Of a stretch of DNA of 64,000 bases, positions 46,012 through 59,581 are shown piece after piece. The stretch is from Azolla caroliniana. Its lineage: Eukaryota > Plantae > Polypodiophyta. Position numbers and translations under genes: made by a program. The stretch's first letter is position 1. Every line of letters begins with the position of its first letter. The notes beneath the pieces are model-generated. The model saw nothing but the letters and a program-made list of their open reading frames with translations. It was not told the origin of the DNA and searched no databases. The stretch is from positions 3,658,001 to 3,722,000 of the forward strand of contig JBHGNT010000021.1 in NCBI GenBank assembly GCA_043228905.1. Reading direction: 5' to 3'.

Positions 46012-46934
46012 TGACTCTGGATCATAGACATAAGTACAAGACTAGTTTTTTTGGCTTGTTTAATCAGAACTATATTGAATGTTATGTTATCTTTGTAATT
46101 CGAAGTGGTCTCTTCTCGGATCAGAGTTTTTTACCAATGCAATGAGTCTTTATTTATTTGTAAGAATGGTTTCATTTCATTATTTTGTCCAAGAATTTTC
46201 AGTAGAGACTAGTTCTATTTAAGACTTGCTCTGCTAAATTGGTCGTACTTTGAGACAAATATCTGTACCTTAATTTTGTTGATTTGACCATCCTATATAT
46301 TAAATGTGTAGTTTGGGTTTTAAAGGATTTATATGCTGTAAATTCTTGAAGTGAATAATTTTTAGCTTGTAATGAAAATGTCATATTGGACACATTTCTA
46401 ATGACCTAATCTATTTAATGAGTTGATATTATATGTTCTTTGGCTGTAGCAGAGAGGCGATCTGGACATGATATTAATCCACTCAAAATTTTCCTCCTAT
46501 ATTATTCAGCTTAAATAATTGTCATCTTGGCAAATAAGTGTCTGAGATTAAAAATGTGGTGATTTTAGTTATTGAAGTTAATCATATTGAAACTACAATT
46601 CTAGGGCAAAAAGAACAATGACTTTTTTAAGTTTGGCTAAAGTTGAAATCTACAGTACAGATTGGGTCAAATGTTTACAGAAAGTTGGGGAGTTAAGTAA
46701 TTTAAACAAAGATATGATAATTATTATGCCAGCTTATGCCAAAACTATTAGATGTATAATGAAATTGAAGGCAAGTGCATTGGTTGAAAAGAATTAGCTG
46801 GGTAGTTAATGGGCGAGCAGGCTTTTGAAAAATACCAAAGTATAGTAGGATCACCATATTAACCCAAACCCTGTTGTAGTAGATCACGTTGTTAACCCAA
46901 ACCCTATTGTCAACAGAAGAGAGTTGTATGAGAA

Positions 46935-47213
46935 GGGTTTATATGGCTTTTGAAAAATACCAAAAAATGAAGAGATTTTTATGAGAAGTAAGGGTTTATA
47001 TTATCCCTTCATATATTTTAAGAAAGCTTTTGATAAGGTACATTGTGAAGTTCTGTAGAAGTGTATCAAAGGACCCGGGTTTATATGGCTTTTGAAAAAT
47101 ACCAAAAAATGAAGAGATTTTTATGAGAAGTAAGGGTTTATATTATCCCTTCATATATTTTAAGAAAGCTTTTGATAAGGTACATTGTGAAGTTATGTAG
47201 AAGTGTATCAAAG
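46935..47213. repeat. 142-bp near-perfect tandem duplication
   Basis: GGGTTTATATGGCTTTTGAAAAATACCAAAAAATG...GTAGAAGTGTATCAAAG starts at 46935 and 47077, with one visible mismatch. Confidence 0.93.
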
Positions 47214-49426
47214 AACTCAGGGTGCCAATTGAATATATGCTTGCAATTTCTTGAATCTATGTGAAGGTTATAAGTTGTTTGGGGGCAATATAGTTTCAAA
47301 TGTTTTCAATGACACAGTTGCTGTTAAGCAAGGATTCTCATTCTCACCAACTTTATTTGGTCGATGCAAGGATGAATTTGAGCAAAAGGTCAGGCTTTGG
47401 TGTTTTTTTTAAATACCTTATAAGATCTACAAAAGCTTGCAAGGCCATAGATGAGTTTTGCATGCATACAAAGTTGAGTATCAATAACTTTAAAGGAAGA
47501 TTATGCTTATGAAGAGCCAAAAAATAAGGATAAACCATGTATTATATATAATAATGAACCACTTAAAACTGTGAAAAGTTTTAAATACCTCAAATTATGG
47601 ACAACATGAATGTGTTATCCACCACTTTGAGGTGAGAAAGAAAGCATATGCAATTGAGAACTCATGTATGTTGATTAAATTCAATTCAATTTGGTCCTCA
47701 AGAATAACCTTTTTGACACTTCGGTGACACTGATGCTCGATGGGATGGAAGTATTGCAAAATAGCATCTATAATACTTGGAAAGAGGTTGAAAATGCCCA
47801 GAAACATTTCCTTACAAAGTTTCTCTAAGTCAACAAGACCATACACCCTTTTATTTCTTGAGATAGGATCACTTCCCAATTAGATCATGTCCATGGAAAG
47901 GGTTATTAAATATGCTTAAGGCTCAAAAACTCATATTGATTTTATAGAATCAGAAGAGAAACAAGCAAAAAGAAAGAACGACACATAAAACAAACTTTTA
48001 TATTTCAATTGAATGCCAAATAAGGAAAAATGGTTTGGACGATGGAATGTGACACAATCTCTTCATGATGCATTGATAAATTCCTTTATGAATGAGATAT
48101 TTTTGCAATGCCAAGGTATCGTGACATGGGAAAAATATCGAGGCTCACACCACACATTATAGTACATATGTTGCACTCTACCACAAAACATTTCCTTTGA
48201 TGAATAGAGAAACCACACCCATCAAATATAGGTTAGAGACGATCCCATCATCTACCATCCAAACCATTGCTTGCAAACTAAGTTTATACCAACTTTGACG
48301 TGAGACAAGACAATGGGGCATAGGACATGAGACTAGTTGACTATACACATTTTTCCCTAAATTGATTTGGGGGTCTCATATGATGCTCTGCCTTTGATCA
48401 CATTCGATTATGATTTCCACATTGTAATACCATCGTGCCGTTTTTACACAACTATTTTTATACAAAACTACAAAAGATATAAGTAAATTCAGAAAAAAAA
48501 CCATGGTAGTAGAAATCATGGGCTTTGACATTACTATGAAACATTATTACTTTGCAAATCAACAAAAACTATAGTTTCTCTATTTCTCATTGTAAATGAC
48601 ATATTCTAGATATAAAATTTCCCATCCTAAGCCAATGAGAGTGGAAAAAGGTGTATTAAATTTGGCCTATACTTTTAACAATATTCCATTTTGAAATTGT
48701 TCACATCTATCTACCACATCATTATGAAGAATAGAGTATCATGGGTGCACATTATAACTAGTTATGGAACCTTTGCATGCACTTAATTATTTTAATTTCA
48801 ATCATCATCAACATTGACAATGGAGAGAAAGGGAGAGAGATAAAGAAGCAAAAGGCAATTGCTTCTTTGCTTCTTCTGGATAGTTCAAATGGAAGATAGT
48901 ACTCATCGTTTCGTGTAATGTTCAATTGATTGTCAAATTTGGAGTTACATTTCTCAAATTTGATTACTTTTGTTATGTTGTTATTTGATGCCAAGCCAAT
49001 GGGTATTTGCATAGTTGATACATGTTTTCTATTTCTGAGATATTGGGGATTGTTTCATGATCGGGATATGTGCAATACTTTCATATTTGATAATTTGATA
49101 GTATGCACTCTATTTCATATCTACAAAAGTTTTAATTGTGACAATTTTATTTATTTATGTAATGGAACAAGTAGAACTTTCCTCAATGGAGTATTTTTCT
49201 TATTGAAAAATTCAACATGTCCCACTACCAATGCGGTGGTGACAACACTCAATTGTGGTGCCATCATACTATATTTCACACATTTATTAAAAGAATCGAG
49301 TGCTTTCACCAAATACAAAGAGAGAGAGAGAGAGAGAGAGTGTGTGTGTGTGCTACTACCAATGTGGTCCCATTATAATGTTTTTTACACATTCATTAAT
49401 TTAATTGTGTGTTTTCACCAAAGCCC

Positions 49427-49461
<35 letters not shown>

Positions 49462-49859
49462 GCTATTTGCTTTTTGGGGTGTGTGTGTGTGGAGTAAACG
49501 GGGAGTATATGCCTCCAGCTTTGGGTCTGTTTATAAATTATGTGAAGGAGATGCATCAAGATGGTACAAGGACATTTTTACCAAGGATATAACTAAATGC
49601 ATAAAAATGGTACAAGGACAGTTGCCATGGACAACTACATTAGTAGCATAAATTATCTAACATTTTACACAAACCAACCCTGGCCCAACAAGAAACCCTT
49701 TCCATCCATCCAGTCATGCCCTCTTATTCGAATTACAATGAAGAATAGCAAAAAATATGTAATGAGTCGGATAATGTCTTCCAAATTTTCTTCAAATAAC
49801 AAGAGCATTAGAGATGACATGTCACGAGAAGCAACCTGTTTCCTCCGATGACGTCATAA

Positions 49860-52800
49860 TTAGTGTGTCCTTACACGCTTGAAATCAGTATCTGGAACAC
49901 TTGCATCCAAGGATGGCGGAACCTGGTTAGTCACCTGCAAGCAAGAAAGGTTTTTCTTTATTATAATTTATAGGTAAGGAAGAGTTAATACCATACATGT
50001 ACATGTAACTGTGTGTGTATGCGTGTACATGTACATGTAGTTAGAATGGTTTTTCTACTTTTTCGATACAATAGGTAAGGAAGTAGTACCATGCATGTGT
50101 ATGTACCTGTGTGTGCGCGTGTGTTTATACATACACATCTTACCAATCTAAACATTCCACACATGCTATTCAATTTCCTTAGAAATGTTTTCAATAAGAA
50201 CTTAAGGACATTTGGCGAAATAAATAGAAAAATTTAAAGAGGGGTATTCCTGAGTTTTTAAGACTCATATAAACTATTGTTGGCAACATACACTGGTGGT
50301 TTGGTGAAGACGAGTTGCGAGTGTCTTTACAGTCTCATCTGGCACAACTGCATATCTTTCACAAGGAGCAATCCAGTTTGCTGTACCTGTGGAAGTGTAA
50401 TACTATGAGATGACTACACAATCTCATGCTCAAGAATCTCTCGCTCTATATTTGAAGGGCTACAGAAAATTCATTTCCTTAGCAAACCTGGACGAATTGT
50501 CGAGTAAGTGGAACTTTCTACCTCCATGCAAGCATTTCCATCAGCACTGAGGGCTTCTATCATTTTGGGTGTGTTTCTGCTCTCCACCACAGTAAACGAA
50601 TCATGAAAATTAGATTACTCAAAAACTAAGATAAGGACACAAGTCAATCATTCAATGTTAGAACATAAACATGCATAAAACTCAATGGACAAAATTATGT
50701 ATGCATACATGCAAAATAAACCTGTGTATGCTGATATTTTTAAGCACCAAAATAAGGAATATACAAACTACAATATTTTCACATGGAAGCTAGTTAACAA
50801 GGGGGGATATTTCACCCAGATGATAGCAGAATATTTGCTCTCACCTGTCAAGGACATCACCATGGCCCAGTTGGCCACTTGTTCCTCTACCCCATGAGAA
50901 AACATTATACCTTGTTGAAATTGCCACGGTATGCCTCCAACCACATCCAACATAGCTTATACACTGCAAAATTGTAAACCATGAGGATCTTTCTTGCTCT
51001 CTGTAGGATTATTAATTTCTAACTCTAGGATCACTACTTTGGGAGCCGTTCCCATTTGGTCAAGTAAAATAGAAAAATAGATCTCCTTAATTCAGTGGCA
51101 ACAAAACTCAAAATATTCTATGATACATTAATTATCAAGTTTTGAGTTCTAAATGTGCGGTGTTGATGGTCATATAACAAGACACAAATAGAATCTGGAT
51201 GAACATCAACCATCTCCTGGAACCAAACATACCAGAACAATATAGAAACAAGTCACACTTGTTCACGCTGACTGTCATTGCCCTTTAAATTTACCAATTA
51301 TATTGGCACTTGTTTATGAAAATTATATCTTTATGACAATTAAATCAGCTAAATTAAATATGACTGAAGAAATCAACACAACCAACAATTCATACAAACA
51401 AATGCCATCTACAAACTTGAGAAGATAATTACTAGCCATAATCATAAGATGCAAACTGAAAGTACAGAATAGCCATAATCATACTTCTTCATTTGGAAAT
51501 TTCACCAATTGTGGGCTGTTATGATCATCATTATTACCAACTCCAACTTGTCCAAACTGCAGTGCAAAAAGGTTATATTAAGGTATAAATTCTGGAATCA
51601 TGACTTCATCCTAAGTAAGAGAAGTAATATTCGGCAGAATCTTTTTGTTCACAGTGCACCTTGTTCCACCCCCAACCATAGACATTGCCTTGGTCATCGA
51701 GTGCCATTGTGTGTCTCCAACCTCCTGATATCTGACCATCAAATGTTTGAGTACAACTCCAAATCTCTCTTAGTTTACTAGCCAATTAGAAAACTAATGC
51801 AAAACCTGAACTATTGTCTTGTTCTTCAGTCCTGCTACTTGATGGGGAATGAGATGATCTTCATAATCACCATGGCCAAGCTGCCCATACTTACTCCATC
51901 CATATGTATAGATGCATCCAGAATCTGAAACAGATATTGTATGTCTCCAACCACACGCCACCAAGTCCATTTTCTCACCCTATGATAGCATAAATACAAT
52001 TCAATAATGTTCTCAGATGAAACCAATTCATAATATGGAAACCACTTACTGGAATGGGGATAACCTCGCCAGGAACCAAACGGTCATTCCGATCACCCAA
52101 ACCCAAATTGCCATACCGTCCCCAGCCCCAACCATACAGCTTCCCACTCTCTGTTACTGCAGCTGTATGTTCCGCACCAGCAGCAACCATCTTTACAGGA
52201 ATTCCCTGAAGACAAAAAAATTGTTATAAAATACATCAATGAGGGTTGAGACCACAAACAACTCTGCTCATGGTTATGCAAATTTCACAGCAGTTGGCAC
52301 TGCTGGATTGGACATGACTGGTATCCTTTCAACATGTCAAGTAGAAAAAATAAATTTAAATGCTTTAAAGTGCATTTCCGTATATACAGCTACTCAAAAG
52401 CATGAGAAAGATGGTAAAACAAAGATGTGCCACACATGTTCCAAATATTAACCTTTACCATGTGGTATCCTTAAAATGTATAATGAATGTTCATTGCGAT
52501 TGTGGTTCTACACAGTGCTGACTTATGCTTATGGTACAGTGGAGGCATTGTGAAAGACCATGAATGTCCCAATATCCATTCCTCTTTGTCAGATTATGCA
52601 GAATGATTATTTTCAAAGACTATATCATAATACATATTGAGGAGAAAACATCACTGAGAGATACTGACTGAATGCATCATGCAGTAGAAATGATATTTTA
52701 AATGGTTAAAAATGTGTTAACATACACGTACCTACTTTCAGAATTCAAAAGATTGAGAAATATATTAAGAATACAGGCATTTGAAATACATTCAACATTA

Positions 52801-54831
52801 TTAACCTGTAATTACCATGTAGGACCCTTAATTTTCTGACTCCTATTTCTGTGAAAGAATTATGTTTCTGCAGCTTTCCTTTTCAATCCTATTTAGAAAG
52901 TAATACAGTGACCAATTTGTTTGATTCTGCACTCTTTGATATCAAGAGTCTCAATGCTTTCAAAATCCCTACTTCTACCATCGCACACTATCCTTTGTCT
53001 ATTATTTCCAACAGTTTCTTCGCTGGATTTATGGAATTCGTATCCTCCGAATCCCAAGTTCCAGTTGGTAACTCTATGTGGCTCTTTCACATTGCTTTAT
53101 TCAGATAGCTGTCTTGAAGCTTTAGATATCAATGCACATTTCTCTGGCTTCCGAATGATGCATCAACACGTGGTCCTAACCCTATACCTAGGTATAACTT
53201 AACAATAAACAAGTGTAAGGTGTCAGAACCTCACCTCAAAGGCTTTAATGGTGCAAGGAATATGTGAATCTTCGGTATTCCCAAGCCCAAGCTGCCCATT
53301 TTGATTTCGACCCCAGCTGCAATAAAAGAGTATCAAATTTAAAAATTAAGGACCACATTATGACCTGTCAAGAATATAGTAGAGCTAGGCATGATATTCA
53401 GTTGCAGAGCATGTCATGTCATCCAACCATGACGAAATGCCCTATGCATGGATAGCTTACTCCTCATCCATCCTGAAAAGGTTGAAGTATCATTGCTGTA
53501 TTGATTACCTTTTAACTTCTCCCCCCACGGTAATGGCAAGGCAATGGCTGTCTCCGCATGCAATCTGCTTGATTTGAACTCCTTGAAGACCCTGTATAGA
53601 ATGAGGTACAAAGAGATCGCTCGAGTTTCCATGACCCAAACGACCAAAGTCACCCCTGTGAGCCAATATTGAACGGGTTAAATAAAGGCATGTTGAACGC
53701 TCCAAAGGAAGCCAGAGAGAAAATATATAGAAGATAAACTACAAATAAGAGAAGATGAACATAAACCATCAAGGAAAATGTCACTGACCAGCCCCAACTG
53801 TACACTGTGTTTCTTGAATCTGATCGTGCAGTTGTATGATCTGCGCCGCAAGTTATAGAAGAGATTTCACAACCTTGCAGTGTATTGATAATGGTCGGAG
53901 TGTGTTTCTCGTCTGCATCTCCATGACCTAACTGCCCATCCTCACCTCGACCCCATGAACATACAATATTTCCAGCTGTTCATCCCACATTCCCAAGTAT
54001 TTTCAGGTGATGAAAGAAACAGAAACAGAAATTACAATTACCCTCCCATAGCAAGAATAGATTGGTAAAAAGTTCATGCACATTGCGCCATCAGGAGCAC
54101 AAGAATGCTGAAATATTTTACAACAGAATTCCATAAGAACGTTCGCAAACAAACTGTGAGCAAGACCTTTGGATCTCATACAGAAAACTAAACCTTTTGT
54201 CAGGTCAAACTCCAGAGAAGCTGACGAATACAGAAAGATATGCAATAGGATAAACAAAGAATATGTAAAGAAAGCATTCAATGGAAAGGAATTGCCTCCT
54301 GATCTTGTCCTAAAACTGAACCTTCCCAACATTCAGGGAAGCACAGAAATACGGAAATACTTGCGCAATAATATAACAAAGCATGTATGTTAGAAATCAT
54401 CAGTCAGCGACAAACTACAAATGAGGACTTTGAATGAAAATTGAAAGCGGAATGGAACTTTTCTGAGGAATGATGTGAGTAAATTCAAAGAGCCGCAAGA
54501 AGAAAACTGAAATATTAAAGCAGTACTGTATTCAAACGCATGATCTACGTTAAGAACATCATTCAACAGCAGCATGTCGCAAAGGAATACTTCCGGGATT
54601 TCATTCTTGGTTCAAAACCAAACCTTCCTGTGGTTTATGAATACTACCTGAAAGAGAAGCTAAGGAAGTGGAACTGAATTCACACGAGGATGAAGCAGAA
54701 ATAGTCAATATGACAAGACATAGCAAAGAAATGCACAGTGGAGGGGGTAGGGACATACAGAGAAGTGCGACACTGTGGCTTGCTCCAGCTGAGATGAATT
54801 CCACCTTTTTCCGAGAGGAATCCACCTCCAT
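49860..54831 (-). CDS. UVR8: UV-B photoreceptor UVR8 (RCC1-like 7-bladed propeller with C27 VP tail), 12 coding exons
   Basis: Exons give ISAGASHSVALL, WGRGEDGQLGHGD, SWGWGDFGRLGHGNSSD, three GWRHT motifs (W233/W285/W337 equivalents), RYAVVPDET (VP motif) and a terminal DASVPDTDFKRVRTH*. Confidence 0.97.
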
Positions 54832-54998
54832 TTCTCTGACAAATTCCTAAACCTGTCAATACACAAGAGTTTGCTTCTGGGAAGGTGGCATAGATAGAGA
54901 TATAATGGGAAGCCTGTGGAGCAATATTTCAGCTTAAGCAGTTAGCAAGCGAAGGCATCTGATGCATCATTGCGCGGGGATAGGGACTGTGTGCTAGA

Positions 54999-55127
54999 AT
55001 TAGGGTTAAGGATTGGGGATAGGAGGATAGGAGGATGGGATTAGGGTGAGGGTGAGGGTTGGGGATGGGGATGGGGTTGGGGTTGGGGTTGGGCTCTGAA
55101 TTAGGGTTAGGGTTAGGGTTTAGGGGG
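54999..55127 (+). repeat. Degenerate telomere-like G-rich hexamer array
   Basis: (TTAGGG)3TTTAGGG at 55101-55125 is preceded by GGGGTT/GGGGAT/GGGTGA units. Confidence 0.85.
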
Positions 55128-55159
55128 TAGTAGGAAGGAAAGGAAACTTGTGCAGGAAG

Positions 55160-55790
55160 CCAAGTGAGGGATGGATTGGATGAATGGTAAAGGAAGGATA
55201 AGTAAGAGATATGTATGTATGTATGTATGTTTGTTTGTTTGTTGTTTTGTCTGGCTATGGTGTGTCCAAAAGACCCTTCACCTTCTTTTTGTCCACCCTT
55301 TCCTAGAAAGTGAAGCCATACCATGGCCTGCCTGCCCATCTCATCTGGCCTCTGTTTCCTGCCTCTTCTTGCCCATCTCATCTGGCCTCTGCTTCATGCC
55401 CAAGTGAGGGACGGATTGGATGAATGGTAAAGGAAGGATAAGTAAGAGATATGTATGTATGTATGTTTGTTTGTTTGTTTGTTGTTTTGTCTGGCTATGG
55501 TGTGTCCAAAAGACCCTTCACCTTCTTTTTGTCCACCCTTTCCTAGAAAGTGAAGCCATACCATGGCCTGCCTGCCCATCTCATCTAGCCTCTGTTTCCT
55601 GTCTCTTCTTGCCCATCTCATCTGGCCTCTGCTTCATGCCTCTACGTGCCCATCTCATCTGTCCTCTGCTTCCAGCCTCCACTTGCCCATCTCATCTAGC
55701 CTCCGCTTCCTTCCTGCCTCTACTTGCCCATCTCATCTGGCCTCTGCCTCATTCTTGCCCATCTCATCTCATCTGGCCTCTGCTTCCAAC
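55160..55790. repeat. 240-bp tandem duplication followed by GCCCATCTCATCTGGCCTCTG minisatellite
   Basis: The unit CCAAGTGAGGGA.GGATTGGATGAATGG... starts at 55160 and 55400. The short motif GCCCATCTCATCT recurs about 8 times up to 55790. Confidence 0.92.
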
Positions 55791-58700
55791 CTCTACCTGC
55801 TCTATGAATCAAATCGCCTGTCACTCCTCCCCGCCCATCGCTTGTTAGAGAGAAGGAAAATCTCACCACCATTTGTCAGGATTAGATTCGTGTGGCCACA
55901 ATTTCTCGCCTAGAAATGAACTTATTATGGCCAATAGCCCACTGGACACCACTCTTTTTTTGTCCGCCCTTTTGGACACCGCCTTGCCTCATATGCTTCC
56001 AACCCTCTCATGTACTTGGCTCTGTTGTTCATGAAAACAACAATCGGCCCCTTTAGCCTTGCCTTGCCTTGCTCGCGTACTGATCCTGCTCACATACGTG
56101 GTGGTGTTTCGTGAAATGATGGTAGACCATGCATATATCTACAGTCTAGACCACTAGCAAGAATTCGTATTTGTCTTGGCATGGAAAGAAAATTTGTCAA
56201 AAAGGGGCCATTATAAAAAAACACAAAAGGTTTACGAGGCAAGCATTGTTTGGCTCCAACAAAGTTAAGGGGGGGACGAAAATATTGAGTGGAATTTGAA
56301 CTTGTACACAACCAATGACACGTGAAGGATGACATTAGGCTTCGTCTTGGAAACTTTTGATTGGGGCACAAGCAAGTTATTCTCGCATCTTCAAATCGTG
56401 ATGAAAGTGCTCCCCCCTTCTCTTTGTTGTCATCCATTTGTTTTGCATTTCTTTAGGCCTAATAAACAGAAAGTAACGATTATAAAATAGTGTGTGACGA
56501 ATCACTAACAACTTTGGCGATTGGATGCATGTGAGTTAACATGCCTTCACTTTCATGACATATAAGAAAGGAGTTAAAATTGTTGCAAAATAGGAGATCA
56601 TAACCGAAATCGACATGTGACCTCATCTCCTTTTCTCTTCTTTATAGTTTGTATTGATGAACCCTCGTTAAGACATAATGCAAGCAAATTTTGCCTTTAC
56701 TCGTGATACATTGTGCTCAAATATGTTTAATGAAGTTGTCGTCCACTCAATTAAAATGCTTAATATCTAATAAATACGAGATTCTCACATTGTTTATAAA
56801 CAAATAATGATAAAATACTCCTTTAGTCTTATATTAATGTTTCTTATTAAAAAATCATAGTTCTCGATGAATCAATGAGCAATTGGGCCTCATCATAAAC
56901 AAACAGGGGCAATTACACTACCAATGAACACATGGAAATATAAATTTCTTTATATTCAAGCTTATTATTGATAATGTTACACACACATATTCATAGAGAG
57001 AGAAAGAGAGTGAGTTCATGTCCAGCCATTGGTTGCTTTATGAAAAAAAAAAGGTGTCAAGCAAGAATTCACGAGTACTAGACATAAACTCGTGCGATAG
57101 TGATGTGATATATGCACTTCTCACAATTAATCCACCCACATTACCGGTCGTAAATTAGTTGACAACAACCCTTCATGTCACAGTACATTTTTCACAAAAT
57201 TATCATTCCATTTACGTAAAAGCAAAAGGCAACCTATTAAAGAGACATCGTTTATCACTAGAAATCCATTATTGTACATACATGTTTTATTGAATTCGAA
57301 AGATTTAGCCTATGTTGATAACATTATCTCAAAGCTTGTTCAATCATCAATGGATGATGGGAAAGGACTACCATATGTAGATTGATGCGATAGGGATGAG
57401 ATAAGTGCATTTCCCACAATTCCCATAATAAATCTAATGGGTGAACAAGAATTCATCGATGAGCATTAATAAGACGACAATGAGATAGATAACACTTGAC
57501 AAAACTCACATAGGACATTGCATTGGTGACAAGTGTCCCACCACCTACTATATGAACCACTCCCATGAACGGGGCATTTATTTCTTTTCCAATATCAGTA
57601 AGTTGAGGTCTTAGCTCAAAACAAAAACGCACCTCACAATTTCTTGTATACTTGAGATGTTCATAGCTTTTACCAGGCACAAACTTTGTATATAAATGTT
57701 TACTCTAAAACATAATTTACTTAAGAAATCCTAAAAGACTAGATGGGCTCATCTTCATGGCATCAACATATAATTCTTGCAATCAATCAATGTCATCCCC
57801 ACTTCAAATGGCATTACCATTTGAATCATTGTAACTAGTGTTGAACACATTCCATATTAAGCTTGATTGCTTGGTCTAGAGTCATTTGATTGTTTTTTAA
57901 ATCCTACATTGAAAAGGGATGCATGATATATTTCATGTTGTAAAACTTCACCTGCCTACTCTAAATCAATCTTTCTTTATGAAGGTCTCACACACGATAC
58001 CGATAGTTTTGAGAGGCAACTATAGCTAACTATTTTTCTTTCTGTAGTTGGTTGGTAAAGATTCCTTATGTTTGCAAACAAGAGGCAATGCATTCGATTG
58101 TGTTTTACACATGATGTCATTGGATGACATCTTCGGGCCCATCTTAATACCACCTTTTGGCACAATATAGCCGTATCATTTGATGTCAAGAATAGCAAAT
58201 GATTCATTTTCTTCCAACAAATTATAAGCAATATCCAAAACTTATGAGCATGCTCATCAACATCCATATTATTTACCTTAAATTTGTAATTTGCTAGCTT
58301 CACATACATACTTTAATCAATCTTGGTGTTAAATTTTTTTATCGTCCACCATCAAGGTTATTAAGTAGTGCATTTATAAGTTCAAAATGCATAGGGTTTG
58401 GAGTCTCCAAAACGTGGGCAAAATTCAAAATTTTACAAGCACCAGAAAAAAACATTATGGATATGATGAGATCACAATTTCATGTCTATATGCTAGACAT
58501 TGGTGTTTGTTAGTTTGTGAACAAAATCTTTTCTTCTTGGTGTTTGGTGTATAGGATTATATTCTTGAGGGTGGCAAATTCTACCACATTGGCAAATAAG
58601 CCATTTTGACAAATACAATTCACTCTGTGAAATTTACAAGTTTTAAATCTTTGTCATGTTAAAGATGTCTTCAACATTGCCATTCACAATGTACTCGAAT

Positions 58701-59581
58701 ATAAGAGATCTGAAGGGTTTCATCATTATATTATCTATGCATGCACTTTTCATTATGAATCTATGGGACAAACATGCCAATAGAGTGGAAACTTGATATT
58801 GAATTCATGTTGATGTGAAGGTCACAATCAAGTAGGTAAGTGTGCTACCATATAAAATAGCTAAGTATAATAATGTTTATAGCTATGATCACTCATGCCT
58901 CCAGAGTAATGCAATAAACCACTTTGATATAAAGGGAATATGACTTGGAAAAACAATTCTGAAATATTCTATAGAAAAATGAAGCCTATAGTGTCAAACT
59001 TGGGTCAAGCAAATCTTGTATCAAGGGAGAGTAATGCCTAGATATCAAAGTATAATAAAAACAATTCCAAGTGTCAAGAAGCTTCAGAGTATGATCAGAT
59101 GTTGTGAGCATATGTTTCATGAAATGAAACGTTGTCATGAAGTGATTGTGCATGATGCAGTCAGTCCATGGAATCTTTTTGAGGTATATGCTTTCTTTCT
59201 ATATGTATATTGTTCTAATTCCAATCCACGAGGGTAACTCTTGCCCACCTCACGAGAAATTTGTATGAAGCCATGCTTGAAGTGAAGGTTAGAAACAACA
59301 CACATCTGTGGAATGAAATTCCATAGGAAGATTGTATATGTTCAAAATCCAAAGACAAACTAGGAATTGATGATGATGTGTCATCAAAGAGACATGGAGC
59401 TCAAGGATGTTTACCCATTATACAATGCACCTAACATAGCATTTAGGGACATAGGGAGTCCATACATTCAAATCCAATCACTCAAAGTATGCATGATAAG
59501 GATGTCACGGGAAAGGCATAAAGCTTGTCACACATACAAGAAATATATATATAGGTAGGTAAATAGATAAATACCACAAAA

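Noticed and set aside
48930-49592. 220-aa ORF downstream of UVR8
   Set aside because: Non-ATG start, low-complexity AT-rich composition, runs through (AG)n/(TG)n repeats, and has no recognisable motifs.
54929-55913. Several overlapping 75-150 aa ORFs (NPNPNP etc.)
   Set aside because: They are translations of the telomere-like and tandem repeats, with no independent coding signal.
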